A DNA stretch of 64,000 nt from an uncultured Alphaproteobacteria bacterium (GCA_951812775.1 OX638326.1:320335-384334); one strand, 5' to 3'; counted from the stretch's first letter, positions 1-10,850 are shown. The notes: a model not told the origin generated them from the letters alone. Made by a program: numbers and translations.

Positions 1-1641
1 ATGATTCGCGGATACTTTCTTAAGCGCTGCCTGGATTTCACGTTCAGTTCGTGTATCCAAGGCAGAGGTTGCCTCATCAAAGATCAGTATCTTTGGTTGT
101 TTGAGAATTGCCCGCGCAATGGCGACCCTTTGTTTCTCACCGCCCGACAGCTTTAGACCACGTTCCCCGACAATTGTTTGATATCCATCCGGCATCCGGA
201 GAATAAATTCATGAAGCGATGCCATTTTAGCCGCTTCTTGAATTTCCTCCGAAGAAGCATCAGGACGGCCATACCCAATGTTATAAAGAATTGTATCGTT
301 AAACAGGACCGTATCCTGTGGTACAATAGCGATAGAGGCCCTTACACTATCCTGGGTAACAGACCGAATATCCTGACCATCGATTTTTACAGCGCCTTTA
401 TCGACGTCATAAAATCGGAACAGCAGTCGTGACACTGTCGATTTTCCGGCACCGCTGGACCCAACGATCACCAACGATTTCCCAGGGGCGACTGTAAAGC
501 TCACGTTCTGCTGTATTTCCCGCCGCGTATCGTAACCAAAAGAAACATCTTCAAAGGCAACTTCACCTTTGTCGACATTCAGGGGGGAGGAACCAGGTAG
601 ATCGGAAACCTCCTGTTCGACATGCAAAAGATTAAACATCGCCTCCATATCGATAAGCGATTGTTTGATTTCCCGGTATACAAACCCGAGGAAGTTCAGC
701 GGCTGAAATAGCTGCATCAAATAGATATGGACCATCGTAAACACGCCGATCGTCAACTCTCCAGCCACCACACCATTGCCGGCCATCAACATCATAATGA
801 CCAGGCCGCCACCAATTATTCCCGCCTGACCAATGTTCAGGAGAGACAGCGAGCTTTTGCTCAAAACAGCAGCTTTTTCGTAACTGGCGAGCGAGCGATC
901 AAACCGTTGAGCTTCATGCTCTTCATTTCCGAAGTATTTGACTGTCTCGTAATTCAAAAGGCTGTCGATTGCCCTCGTATTCGCCTGGCTATCTGTCTCA
1001 TTCATCTGCCGGCGGAATTTAATCCGCCATTCAGTGACAATGAATGTAAAGGCGATATATCCGGTCACCGTTACGAAAGTTACGAGCGCGTACCAGAAAT
1101 TGAACAATCCCCACAAAACGCCGCACACCATCAAAATTTCCAGCAGGGTGGGGAGGATATTGAACAACATAAAATTCAGAAAGAAATCGATCCCCTTAGT
1201 GCCGCGCTCTATGGAACGCGTGAGACCACCCGTTTGCCGATCAAGATGAAAACGCAAGGCGAGGGCATGCAGGTGTCGGAATGTTTCCAGCCCGACAGTT
1301 CGGATAGCCCGCTGACCAACTTTAGCGAAAACAGCATCCCGTAACTCGGCAAATGCTATGGAGAGCACCCGAACAACGCCATAGCCGACAAGTAATCCGA
1401 CCGGAACGACTATAATGGCTGTTTCTTTGCCGGATAGGGCGTCGACTGCGTCCTTAAACAGGATGGGCGTATAAACATTGGCTACTTTTGCCAACGCGAG
1501 CAAAATCAGCGCAATAACGACTCTGACCTTTGTTTCAAACGCATCGGGCGGCCAAAGATAGCGTGACAATGTCCGCAGAGCGCCCCATTCAAACCCGGCC
1601 TCTTTTTTACGACCGCTCAAAGTCCTGTTGAGATCAGTCAA
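1..1641 (-). CDS. ABCB/ATM1-type ABC transporter, fused permease and ATPase (3' end runs off the window)
   Basis: Minus-strand frame read by hand from TTG at 1641 (MTDLNRTLSGRKKEAGFEWGALRTLSRYLWP...). It contains Walker A GPSGAGKS, signature LSGGEKQRVAIARA and Walker B LIFDEATS. Absent from the ORF track because the stop is outside the window. Confidence 0.9.
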   Translation of the reverse strand, partial: MTDLNRTLSGRKKEAGFEWGALRTLSRYLWPPDAFETKVRVVIALILLALAKVANVYTPILFKDAVDALSGKETAIIVVPVGLLVGYGVVRVLSIAFAELRDAVFAKVGQRAIRTVGLETFRHLHALALRFHLDRQTGGLTRSIERGTKGIDFFLNFMLFNILPTLLEILMVCGVLWGLFNFWYALVTFVTVTGYIAFTFIVTEWRIKFRRQMNETDSQANTRAIDSLLNYETVKYFGNEEHEAQRFDRSLASYEKAAVLSKSSLSLLNIGQAGIIGGGLVIMMLMAGNGVVAGELTIGVFTMVHIYLMQLFQPLNFLGFVYREIKQSLIDMEAMFNLLHVEQEVSDLPGSSPLNVDKGEVAFEDVSFGYDTRREIQQNVSFTVAPGKSLVIVGSSGAGKSTVSRLLFRFYDVDKGAVKIDGQDIRSVTQDSVRASIAIVPQDTVLFNDTILYNIGYGRPDASSEEIQEAAKMASLHEFILRMPDGYQTIVGERGLKLSGGEKQRVAIARAILKQPKILIFDEATSALDTRTEREIQAALKKVSANH

Positions 1642-1757
1642 AGCTATTTCCTGTTCTTACATGCCGGATTTGACAACGATATAGGCCTATCGTCGTCGCT
1701 GGACCAGCTACATTTTGAGTAGTTGTCGCCATTGCCCTGGATGCTTATGAATTAGTT

Positions 1758-2569
1758 ATGTTCATTCTTTCCAAAATATTTTTAACGCTCACCGACCCCG
1801 GCTTTCTTGTCTTGTTGCTGTTGTTGGTTTCAACGGGTCTTATTTTGCTTCGTCGCGCGGCAGGAAAGTGGCGCCTGACAGCCACTGTATTATTTTGCGC
1901 AGCTATTTCGATACTTCCCGTAGGATCACTAATGGTCGCCGCTCTAGAGGACAGATTCCCGGTCGTTACGTCCGTTAAGGGCCCTGTTGATGGCGTTATC
2001 GTGCTTGGTGGCAGTGTTGATCAATATCTAAGCCAGTATCGCAAACAAGTCGTCTTAAATAACGGTGGCGAACGCATGACCGGTTTCGTTGCCTTGGCGC
2101 GTCAATACCCCAACGCCAAACTCATCTTCACCGGAGGCTCGGGCCGTTTGGAACAGAAATACAAAGAAGCCGATACGGCCCGAGCGTTTTTTTACGTCAT
2201 TAGGACTTCAAGCATCACGTATTTTTTTCGAAGACCAATCGAGAAATACATTCGAAAATGGCGTTTTTTCTCATCGTCTCGTTAAACCACAACCATCAGA
2301 ACGGTGGATATTAATCACCTCCGCGCGCCATATGCCGCGTTCCATTGGCGTATTCAGCTGGCGTATTCAGCAAACTCGGTTGGAAGGTCATACCTTACCC
2401 GGTCGACTACTTTACCTATGGGGTGGGGGACGATGGATTACAGTTCAACCTCGCGAACAGCCTCAAGTCGTTTCATTCAGGCCTGAGAGAATGGATGGGG
2501 CTGGCAGTATACAGAATTCTTGGCAGAACTGATGAATTCTTCCCTGGACCGGAGCAAAAACAAGGGTAG
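1758..2569 (+). pseudogene. YdcF/DUF218 family protein, split over three frames
   Basis: Motifs IVLGG, FTGGSG, EDQSRNTFEN, LITSARHMPRS and PYPVDY are spread over ORFs 1758-2285, 2089-2532 and 2345-2569. Breaks fall at a T run near 2190 and a tandem duplication of tggcgtattcagc near 2347-2371. May be sequence error. Confidence 0.8.
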
Positions 2570-2684
2570 CCTCACGACATGTTTGCTCGATTCGTATGGC
2601 TATGGCACAAGGCTAGGCTTTGATTGTTGAAAGGTACGCGTGATGTCCGTCGCATGCGGGTTGCAATTCCCGGCTGGAATCTCG

Positions 2685-3686
2685 ATGCGTTTACTTGTCC
2701 TTGTATTTGCGTCATGCCTTTTCGCGCAAACCTCCTATTCACAAGCCAAACCCGACTTTTCAGCCTGGCTGGAAAATGTTCGCGTCGAAGCAGCTAAGCG
2801 TGGCATCAAGCAATCAATAATCGATAGTGCCCTCAAAAACGTAAAACCCATTAAGCGCGTCCTAAAACGTGACCGCAATCAGTCTGAGTTCAAGCTCACC
2901 CTAAAGCGCTATCTCAACCGCGTCGTTACAAAGACAAACATTAAACGCGGACGGATAATGGCGGATCGTCATAAGGCGACCCTCAAAGCTGTTTCGAAAA
3001 AGTATGGCGTTCCCCCTAGAGTCATTTTAGCAATTTGGGGAATCGAAACGCGGTTTGGCCTTGTAAAGGCCAATGTCCCACTCATCCCTTCAGTTGCCAC
3101 ATTGGCTTATGATCGAAGGCGTTCTAAATATTTTCGCGGACAGCTATTTGCCGTTCTGCAAATGTTAGACCGCGGGTATATCGATCAAAAGAGTCTCTTT
3201 GGTTCATGGGCCGGGGCGATGGGACAGCCGCAATTTATGCCGTCGAGTTACCTTGCCTATGCCCAGGACTTCGATGGCGATGGCAGACGAGACATTTGGA
3301 AGAGCGTCCCGGACGTTCTAGCCTCGATTGCAAACTATCTGGCAAAGCATGGTTGGCGCTCTGATCTGAACTGGGGCAGGGAGGTAGCACTTCCTATTTC
3401 ATTTGCCGAAAGCCTGAAACCATTCAAAAGACGTGCTGCGCGTGGCTGCCGTGCCAGAACCTCCGAACCCAGATCACTTCCGGCATGGCAATCTGCAGGC
3501 ATTCGACATGTCAGTGGACAAGATCTGCCAACACGAAACATTTCCGCCGTACTTGTCCTTCCTGACGGTAAGGAAGGACGTACCTTCCTTACTTACAAAA
3601 ACTACGCCTCAATCATGGCATATAACTGTGCACATCTTTACGCTGTAACCGTTGGCGTTCTGTCAGATCGTATAGGAGGAAAATAG
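2685..3686 (+). CDS. mltB: Lytic murein transglycosylase (MltB/SLT_2 family)
   Basis: AIWGIETRFG, GSWAGAMGQPQFMPSSY and DFDGDGRRDIW motifs; signal peptide; ATG at 2685 preferred as start. Confidence 0.9.
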   Translation: MRLLVLVFASCLFAQTSYSQAKPDFSAWLENVRVEAAKRGIKQSIIDSALKNVKPIKRVLKRDRNQSEFKLTLKRYLNRVVTKTNIKRGRIMADRHKATLKAVSKKYGVPPRVILAIWGIETRFGLVKANVPLIPSVATLAYDRRRSKYFRGQLFAVLQMLDRGYIDQKSLFGSWAGAMGQPQFMPSSYLAYAQDFDGDGRRDIWKSVPDVLASIANYLAKHGWRSDLNWGREVALPISFAESLKPFKRRAARGCRARTSEPRSLPAWQSAGIRHVSGQDLPTRNISAVLVLPDGKEGRTFLTYKNYASIMAYNCAHLYAVTVGVLSDRIGGK

Positions 3687-3690
3687 GATC

Positions 3691-4614
3691 GTGCTCATCC
3701 GAAATCTTACGGTCGCTGCAAGCTCGGTACTCCTTCTATTAACAGGGTGCGCCGAAACCCAATTGGCATTACATACTGCAAAGAAATTGACCACGGGTAC
3801 TCCAGCTCAAAGCAAGGGTGCCTACAAAGTCGGGAACCCCTATAAAATCAAAGGTACTTGGTACTACCCGGCCGTGAATTACGGTTATGTCGAACAGGGT
3901 ATCGCTTCCTGGTATGGGCCACAGTTTCACGGGCGAAAGACGGCTAATGGCGAGATATTCGACATGAATGTGGTGTCAGCGGCACACCGAACCCTTCCAA
4001 TGCCAAGTGTCGTCCGCGTGACCAACCTTAAAAACAGTCGATCCCTTAAAATACGCGTAAATGATCGTGGACCTTTCGCGAAAAGTCGGATCATTGATTT
4101 GTCCCGTCGAGCGGCACAATTGCTTGGTTTTGAACGACGCGGCACGGCATTGGTTCGAGTAGAAATTATCGCTGACGAAAGCCGAAGAATGGCGGCTTTG
4201 GCGCAGGGAAAAGCTAAAAGCCTCCCAACACAAAAATCAGCAAATGTAAAAATTGCAAGCTTACCCGGCAGCATCGGAGAAAACCCGGCTGTTACAAATA
4301 CCAAAAGAGCACTGTCATCGCCCACACCGAAACCCGTACAAACCAAACCAGTAGATGTTGTAAAAATCGCGCCGGTTGGTGGAAGCAAAAAGATTTACGT
4401 ACAGGCAGGGGCCTTCGTTTACCGGGATTTAGCGGCGAAAATGCAAAAGCTGCTCAATCCGCTGGGTCCGAGCAGAATTGTTGAAAAGGTAATTGGCAAA
4501 CGGCGGTATTTTCGAGTGCAGGTCGGCCCGGCATCAAGCGTTAGCCAGGGAGATAAACTTCTTAACCTCGTCATCGCCAGCGGATATCCAAAAGCTCGCC
4601 TTGTCGTCGACTAA
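3691..4614 (+). CDS. rlpA: Septal ring lytic transglycosylase RlpA (DPBB + SPOR)
   Basis: Lipobox LTGC, GIASWYG, AAHRTLP, NDRGPF, RIIDLS; C-terminal SPOR domain (YVQAGAF). Confidence 0.93.
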   Translation: MLIRNLTVAASSVLLLLTGCAETQLALHTAKKLTTGTPAQSKGAYKVGNPYKIKGTWYYPAVNYGYVEQGIASWYGPQFHGRKTANGEIFDMNVVSAAHRTLPMPSVVRVTNLKNSRSLKIRVNDRGPFAKSRIIDLSRRAAQLLGFERRGTALVRVEIIADESRRMAALAQGKAKSLPTQKSANVKIASLPGSIGENPAVTNTKRALSSPTPKPVQTKPVDVVKIAPVGGSKKIYVQAGAFVYRDLAAKMQKLLNPLGPSRIVEKVIGKRRYFRVQVGPASSVSQGDKLLNLVIASGYPKARLVVD

Positions 4615-4667
4615 GATAGAAGTCATCCTTTGGTCTTATTTTTGATGTTAAATAGGTTGGAATTAAC

Positions 4668-5831
4668 ATGCTTGATCTGAAAGGTCTTTCCGTGTTTCAA
4701 CCCATAAAACGCTCCACCCTGATTGGCGTTTGTGTTTGTTTAATCTCAAATTCTTTGGCCGCGCAAACGATAGAGACGGCCGCCCGTCACGCAGTTCTCT
4801 ATGACCTGACCACGGACGCTATATTGTTGGATAAGGCGTCTGACGTGCCAATGCCCCCGGCATCCATGAGTAAACTGATGACCGTCTATATGGTCTTCGA
4901 ACGTCTCAAGGCCGAACGGTTAAGTCTGGATGACAAGTTTGTTGTCAGTCGCAAAGCCTGGCGCAAGGGCGGATCAAAGATGTTTGTCATGGTCAACACC
5001 CGTGTCGCCGTCAAAGACCTGCTACGCGGCATTATCATTCAGTCGGGCAATGACGCCTGTATTGTCATCGCCGAAGGAATTTCAGGTTCCGAAGCAGCCT
5101 TTGCAGCTGAAATGACCCGAAAAGCCAAAGAAATCGGGCTCACGAATAGTGCATTTAAAAACGCTACCGGATGGCCAGCGGAAGGCCATCACATGTCGGC
5201 CCGCGATATCGCAACACTATCCAAGAAACTCATTGTTGATTTTCCGGAATATTACAAACTCTTCAGTGAAGTCGATTTCACCTATGGTGGTATCAAACAG
5301 GGAAACCGGAATCCTTTGCTCTATAGAGGGTTTAATGCCGATGGTCTGAAGACTGGTCACACAGAGGCTTCCGGATACGGACTCGCTGCATCAGTGATCC
5401 GGAAAGGACGCAGACTGCTTCTGGTTATCAATGGATTAAACAGTAAAAGGGCGAGAGCATCAGAGTCGGCGCGACTCCTTGACTGGGCATTTCGAGAAAC
5501 TGCCTCCTACGCTCTTTTCAAAAAGGATGAAGTAATTGAACAAGCCGATGTCTGGTTGGGAAACGCTTCGAGTCTTCCACTGGTTGTCGGTAAAAAAATT
5601 ACGCTAACAATGTCCCGCAAAGCCCGGCATGGAATGAAGGTAAAAGTCAGCTATACCAACCCCGTACCGGCGCCAATAAAAAAGGGAACCTCGGTTGGCA
5701 TGGTAACCGTCACGGCGCCGGGAATAGAGCCAATTCAGGTCCCCTTAATCGCGAACGCGGATATCGAACAACTTGGTGCGATGGGGCGGCTAAACGCTGC
5801 CGTAAAATATCTGCTTTTCGGCGGCTCTTGA
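4668..5831 (+). CDS. dacA: D-alanyl-D-alanine carboxypeptidase (PBP5/6 family)
   Basis: PASMSK (SxxK), SGN and KTG motifs. Confidence 0.92.
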   Translation: MLDLKGLSVFQPIKRSTLIGVCVCLISNSLAAQTIETAARHAVLYDLTTDAILLDKASDVPMPPASMSKLMTVYMVFERLKAERLSLDDKFVVSRKAWRKGGSKMFVMVNTRVAVKDLLRGIIIQSGNDACIVIAEGISGSEAAFAAEMTRKAKEIGLTNSAFKNATGWPAEGHHMSARDIATLSKKLIVDFPEYYKLFSEVDFTYGGIKQGNRNPLLYRGFNADGLKTGHTEASGYGLAASVIRKGRRLLLVINGLNSKRARASESARLLDWAFRETASYALFKKDEVIEQADVWLGNASSLPLVVGKKITLTMSRKARHGMKVKVSYTNPVPAPIKKGTSVGMVTVTAPGIEPIQVPLIANADIEQLGAMGRLNAAVKYLLFGGS

Positions 5832-5864
5832 AATGAGCGCAAAATCTCCTGCGATTATTGCCGC

Positions 5865-6524
5865 ATGACCACTGGATTTTTCATTACACTGGAAGGCGGT
5901 GAAGGCGCTGGCAAATCAACACAGATCAAGTTGCTCGAAGAACGCTTATCCGCGCACAATATTGAGGTTGTTCGAACTCGAGAACCCGGTGGCGTCCCTT
6001 CGGCAGAGGACATACGGAACTTATTGGTCAATGGTGAAACCGATAAATGGCTTCCTCTGACAGAGACACTGCTCCATTTCGCTGCCAGGCATGAACACAT
6101 AGCTAGGCTTGTCGAACCTGCTCTTATTGAGGGGAAATGGGTTTTGTGTGACCGGTTTGCTGATTCTACTACTGCCTACCAAGGATATGCGCAGAGTATG
6201 GATATGAAGACCATATCAACTCTATATGAATTGGCCGTTGGAAATCTGAAACCAGACCTGACAATAATTCTTGATCTACCTGTAGAAGTTGGTTTGGAAC
6301 GAGCTGAGGAACGGGATGTCGGTGGTACGCGCTACGAACGCATGGGTATAGAATTTCATCAAACTCTTCGCGATGGTTTTTTGCAGATCGCTGAGGATAA
6401 TCCAGGAAGATGCTCCGTGATTGATGCTACACAATCAATTGATGCGATATCCGTCCAAATTTTTGCTCTCGTTGAGGAACGCTTTTTATCATCAGTAACG
6501 CCATCTAAGGGTCAAACCGTTTGA
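5865..6524 (+). CDS. tmk: Thymidylate kinase
   Basis: FITLEGGEGAGKSTQ, TREPGG, CDRF motifs. Confidence 0.97.
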   Translation: MTTGFFITLEGGEGAGKSTQIKLLEERLSAHNIEVVRTREPGGVPSAEDIRNLLVNGETDKWLPLTETLLHFAARHEHIARLVEPALIEGKWVLCDRFADSTTAYQGYAQSMDMKTISTLYELAVGNLKPDLTIILDLPVEVGLERAEERDVGGTRYERMGIEFHQTLRDGFLQIAEDNPGRCSVIDATQSIDAISVQIFALVEERFLSSVTPSKGQTV

Positions 6525-7618
6525 CTGATACTGACGACACCAGGCATCCACGACACAATCCCCAACTGATCGGGCATAGCGCTGCAGAACAGAAGTTTCT
6601 TTCGATCTGGAAATCCGAACGAATTCCCCATGGGTGGCTTCTGACCGGTCCCCGGGGCATCGGCAAAGCAACATTGGCCTTTCGCATTGCCCGATTTGTT
6701 TTATCCAATGGGGGCGATCAAGCATCTTCACCAGGATTGTTTGGCGAGCCCGCCGTCCCAAACCTTGAACTTGACGAGGAGAGTCCGGTTTTTCGGCGCA
6801 TTGCATCGGGTGGCCACGCGGACCTTATGACTCTCGAACGAACGATAAATCCAGATACGAATAAAATGCGGTCGAACATCGCCGTTGAAAATGTCCGTTC
6901 TGCAGGCGATTTCCTACGTTTAACAGCATCCGAAGGCGGTTGGCGTGTCGTCATTATCGACAGTGTCGACGAGCTTAACGTCAATGCTGCGAATGCACTG
7001 CTTAAAATTCTGGAGGAACCGCCGAATAACGCTTTATTGCTTCTTGTTTGCCATGCACCTGGCCGTCTTTTGCCAACAATCCGCTCGCGATGTTGCCAGA
7101 TGCCGCTCTTACCATTGCCAGAAACGGATGTTGCGTCGATTTTGCAAAGCGCCAGTCCGGATTTACCCGCCGGTGATCTACAGCCCCTTTGTCAGCTCTC
7201 CGATGGAAGTCCGGGCAGGGCAGTCGCCCTCGCGGAAGAAGGCGGGCTCGAGCTGTACCGCGAGTTGGTTTCGTTACTGGTCAGTCTTCCCAATACCGAA
7301 ACCTCCGCCATCCATAGTTTTGGCGATCGCCTTGCCAGACGGGGTGCCGAAGACAGTTTTCGCCTCGTTACCGAACTCCTCTCCTGGTGGATAAGCCGCC
7401 TTACACGCATGGGCGCCCGGGGATTGGAAATACCCAATATTGTACCAGAAGAGGAGGGGTGCGCAGCCCGTTTGCTAGCTGCAACAGGGGTTGATCACTG
7501 GCTGGAGGTATGGGAGAAGGTCAACACGTTGGCTCGTCAAACGGATGGGTTAAACCTCGATAAAAAACAAGCCCTACTAAACATGTTTCATGCGCTTAAG
7601 GGTGCTGCAACAGGTTGA
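6521..7618 (+). CDS. holB: DNA polymerase III delta' subunit
   Basis: GPRGIGKAT, AANALLKILEEPP, TIRSRC; follows tmk. Confidence 0.95.
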   Translation: MTDTDDTRHPRHNPQLIGHSAAEQKFLSIWKSERIPHGWLLTGPRGIGKATLAFRIARFVLSNGGDQASSPGLFGEPAVPNLELDEESPVFRRIASGGHADLMTLERTINPDTNKMRSNIAVENVRSAGDFLRLTASEGGWRVVIIDSVDELNVNAANALLKILEEPPNNALLLLVCHAPGRLLPTIRSRCCQMPLLPLPETDVASILQSASPDLPAGDLQPLCQLSDGSPGRAVALAEEGGLELYRELVSLLVSLPNTETSAIHSFGDRLARRGAEDSFRLVTELLSWWISRLTRMGARGLEIPNIVPEEEGCAARLLAATGVDHWLEVWEKVNTLARQTDGLNLDKKQALLNMFHALKGAATG

Positions 7619-7645
7619 GTGGCAGCTCAATTCTCAGGTGACGGC

Positions 7646-9217
7646 ATGTCGGCCGATAAGCGTTATTACCTCACAACCCCGATATATTACGTCAATGACG
7701 TCCCACATATTGGTCACGCCTATACCACGTTGGCATGTGACGTAATTGCCCGCTTTAAGCGGCTTGACGGGTATGATGTTCATTTCCTGACCGGAACAGA
7801 TGAACATGGCCAAAAGGTTGAGAAATCAGCCGCCGTGGCTGGTATCGCGCCTCAGGAATTCACTGATCGGGTTTCCCAAAATTTCCGTGACCTTGCGGAT
7901 GCAATGAACTACTCGCATGACGATTTTATCAGAACCACTGAACAGCGGCATATCGAGGCCTCCCAGGCAATATGGGCCAAACTTAAAGAGAATGGGCACA
8001 TCTATCTCGGAAGTTATGCTGGTTGGTATGCGGTACGAGATGAAGCCTTCTACGATGAGAGCGAGCTGACGGAAGGTGAGGGCGGAACAAAACTGGCCTC
8101 TTCAGGAGCAGAAGTTGAATGGGTGGAAGAACCCAGCTACTTCTTTGATCTGTCTAAATGGCAAGAACCGCTCCTCAAGTTCTACGAAGATAATCCGGAT
8201 TTTATCGCACCCAAATCGCGTCGAAATGAAGTCATCAGTTTTGTAAAGGGTGGCCTCCACGACTTGTCGATTTCACGAACAAGTTTTAAGTGGGGTGTGC
8301 CTGTCCCTAACGATCCGGATCACATCATGTATGTATGGCTGGATGCGCTAACAAATTACATCACCGCCGTTGGCTACCCGAACACAGATTCTGACGAGTA
8401 CACAAAACGTTGGCCAGTTGATCTTCACATGGTGGGTAAAGATATTCTGCGGTTTCATGCGGTATATTGGCTGGCCTTTCTCATGGGTGCAGGAATTGAT
8501 GTTCCTAAACGCGTGTTTGCCCATGGCTGGTGGACCAATGAAGGTCAAAAAATTTCCAAATCAATTGGCAACATCATCGACCCCAACGAAATAGTAGAGA
8601 CCTATGGGCTCGACCAGGTGCGCTATTTTCTGCTTCGCGAGGTTCCCTTTGGAAATGATGGCGATTTTTCGAACAAAGCCATGATTTCACGCATTAATAG
8701 CGATCTTGCGAATGATCTTGGAAACCTATGCCAACGCGTCCTCTCCATGATCAATAAGAATTGTGATGCGAAGATCCCTGAGTGCCGACCGGCCGATTTA
8801 GGGGCTTATCCCGTAAATGGCACTCTTCAAGACGCACACCGATTGTTAGAAAAAGTCCGCGTTCACATCGATAATCAGGCTTTTCACGAGGCGCTCAAGG
8901 AAATCTGGCGCGTCGTTCGGGATGCCAATCGAACTGTAGACGAGTCCGCTCCCTGGACTTTGCGAGAAACAGACCCTGAAGCCATGGCGAGCGTTCTTTA
9001 CATTCTTGCTGAAATCATTCGCCATTTCGCCATTCTCTTGCAGCCGTTTATGCCGCAATCCTGCGCAAAAATGCTTGATCAGCTCGCTGTACCTGAAAAT
9101 GCACGAGGGTTTTCACAGCTTCAATCTGCAGATGAAGAAGCATTTGATGAAAATGCCTTGAAGGCAGGAACACCTTTGCCTACACCGGAAGGAATCTTTC
9201 CAAGATTCTCCGACTAA
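7646..9217 (+). CDS. metG: Methionine--tRNA ligase
   Basis: YLTTPIYYVN, HIGH and KISKS motifs; ATG at 7646 preferred as start. Confidence 0.97.
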   Translation: MSADKRYYLTTPIYYVNDVPHIGHAYTTLACDVIARFKRLDGYDVHFLTGTDEHGQKVEKSAAVAGIAPQEFTDRVSQNFRDLADAMNYSHDDFIRTTEQRHIEASQAIWAKLKENGHIYLGSYAGWYAVRDEAFYDESELTEGEGGTKLASSGAEVEWVEEPSYFFDLSKWQEPLLKFYEDNPDFIAPKSRRNEVISFVKGGLHDLSISRTSFKWGVPVPNDPDHIMYVWLDALTNYITAVGYPNTDSDEYTKRWPVDLHMVGKDILRFHAVYWLAFLMGAGIDVPKRVFAHGWWTNEGQKISKSIGNIIDPNEIVETYGLDQVRYFLLREVPFGNDGDFSNKAMISRINSDLANDLGNLCQRVLSMINKNCDAKIPECRPADLGAYPVNGTLQDAHRLLEKVRVHIDNQAFHEALKEIWRVVRDANRTVDESAPWTLRETDPEAMASVLYILAEIIRHFAILLQPFMPQSCAKMLDQLAVPENARGFSQLQSADEEAFDENALKAGTPLPTPEGIFPRFSD

Positions 9218-9359
9218 GGTTTCTCCTGTTCCTGAACAGATAAACAAAAAACCAAAAAACGGCCTTGCGAACTATCGATGGTTCTCGATAACCTTTCCAG
9301 GTTAAGGGCTTCGATGAAAAGCTCTATATCAAAACATACCTGAAACAGGAGGCCAGATA

Positions 9360-10397
9360 ATGCGTGCCAGACCAAAAAGTTTGTTGGCGATTTCGTTGGC
9401 GGTGGGTCTAATCTCAGCACCAACATTCGCTCAAAGCGTTGAAAAACTTTACAAAAACAGAACGATCACGATAGCGATCCCATATGGCCCCGGCGGAACA
9501 TATGATAAGTACGGATCTACATTTGCAAATCACCTCGGCAAACATATTCCGGGAAAACCGAATGTCATTGTCCAACATCGCCCCGGCGCAGGTGGCGCGA
9601 AAGCGATGAATTACACCTATAATGTCGCCGCCAAGGACGGTACTTTTGGAATTGTTCCACTCGACGCAGCAGTCGTTAACCAACTGATCCGTCCTGATAA
9701 GATGAAATATCAAGCCAATAAGTTTCAATGGCTTGGCTCATCCAATCAAACGAATTCAGTGCTTGTCGTCCGCACGGATACTGGAATTAAATCAATCAAC
9801 GATATGAAGCGCATCGAAGCTATCGGTGCCAATAGCGGTAAATTTAATTCGGGCTATATGAATCCGAAACTGGCGATGGGTCTCTTGGGTCTGAAAGGTC
9901 GATTTGTCACCGGCTACAAAGGCTCTTCTCGTTCGATCCTCGCTATTGAACAAGGCGAAGCTCAAATGTCGAGTTTCAATTGGTTAACCTGGGATTCCAA
10001 AGTCCCGCATTGGTTTACCGGGAAGAAACCGTTTGCTCGTGCCATACTGCAAAATGGTACTGAGAAAGACCCGGCTTTACCGAACGTCCCGATGTTAGCC
10101 GATCTTGTAAAAGAACAAGACAAACCGCTTGTTGCTTTTATCGCCTCTATGGGCCCAATCGGTCGAGGAATCACAATGCCACCAGGCGTTCCCAAACACG
10201 TCATCAAAGCATTGCGCAAAGCGTATGATTCCATGAATGCGGATCCCGTTTTTAAAGCCGAACTTAAAAAACGTCGGTTGCGGCTGATTGCAAGTTCAGG
10301 AGAAAAAATTCAGTCGATTGTCAATAATGCCCTCAAGGCCTCATCTCCAGAGGTAATCAAGCGCGTTCGTGAGGTTATATTTGGTAGCGCCAGTTGA
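9360..10397 (+). CDS. Tripartite tricarboxylate transporter substrate-binding protein (Bug/TctC family)
   Basis: Signal peptide, PYGPGGTYD, VQHRPGAGG, GYKG, PPGVP motifs; RBS AGGAGG upstream. Confidence 0.88.
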   Translation: MRARPKSLLAISLAVGLISAPTFAQSVEKLYKNRTITIAIPYGPGGTYDKYGSTFANHLGKHIPGKPNVIVQHRPGAGGAKAMNYTYNVAAKDGTFGIVPLDAAVVNQLIRPDKMKYQANKFQWLGSSNQTNSVLVVRTDTGIKSINDMKRIEAIGANSGKFNSGYMNPKLAMGLLGLKGRFVTGYKGSSRSILAIEQGEAQMSSFNWLTWDSKVPHWFTGKKPFARAILQNGTEKDPALPNVPMLADLVKEQDKPLVAFIASMGPIGRGITMPPGVPKHVIKALRKAYDSMNADPVFKAELKKRRLRLIASSGEKIQSIVNNALKASSPEVIKRVREVIFGSAS

Positions 10398-10414
10398 ACA
10401 TTCAACAGACTAAG

Positions 10415-10449
10415 AAAAAAGGGTCGCAATAGTTTTGCGGCCCTTTTTT
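10415..10449 (+). terminator. Rho-independent terminator after the Bug/TctC gene (possibly bidirectional)
   Basis: AAAAAAGGGTCGCAA-TAGTT-TTGCGGCCCTTTTTT hairpin with a T tract. Confidence 0.85.
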
Positions 10450-10476
10450 AATTATATAACAGTTCAATGCGCACCA

Positions 10477-10496
10477 CCTCAGCCCAACTCGACCCC
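10477..10496 (+). repeat. Left 20-bp direct repeat (outer 20 nt of the Tn3-family IR)
   Basis: Exact match to 18051-18070. Confidence 0.92.
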
Positions 10497-10698
10497 TGCA
10501 TCGGGCGCTCGATGTTACCTTCCGGCAGGACGATTGCCGCATCAGAACCGGAAATGCCACAATCAATCATGCAGCAATGAACCTGCTACGCCGCGCGCCG
10601 GACAAACTCAGCCTGCCGCAAAAACGCCGATCAGCGGCATGGGACGACACCTACATGGAAGCCGTAATCCGACAATAGCCGTTCGGTCGATTCCCCTG
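10496..10698 (+). pseudogene. ISAs1-family transposase C-terminal remnant with right end
   Basis: Hand translation LHRALDVTFRQDDCRIRTGNA...AAMNLLRR...KRRSAAWDDTYMEAVIRQ* (stop 10676-10678) matches the ISAs1 HWxLDVxFxED...AAWDD pattern. Followed by ...GATTCCCCTG, an ISAs1-like terminal IR. Confidence 0.8.
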
Positions 10699-10850
10699 GG
10701 GGGAAGGTCCAGGAACAAACCTTCATCGACAACTGGCCCGACGTTTTGGGATGCACGGCCACGATGCTTTCTGGCAAGGTGCCGCCAAGCCAACTGCTCA
10801 GGCAATTGTCGGCCCGTCCGCGCAAGCACGATCCGGCCATCGCGATGCGG
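10698..10850 (+). pseudogene. Second Tn3-family transposase internal fragment
   Basis: GGKVQEQTFIDNWPDVLGCTATMLSGKVPPSQLLRQLSARPRKHD is homologous to NWPDVLRCIATMLSG..LLRKLAARPRQHD in the TnpA at 16913-18028. Confidence 0.8.

Noticed and set aside
178..1344. + strand ORFs 178-432 and 727-1344
   Set aside because: Antisense to the ABC transporter on the minus strand.
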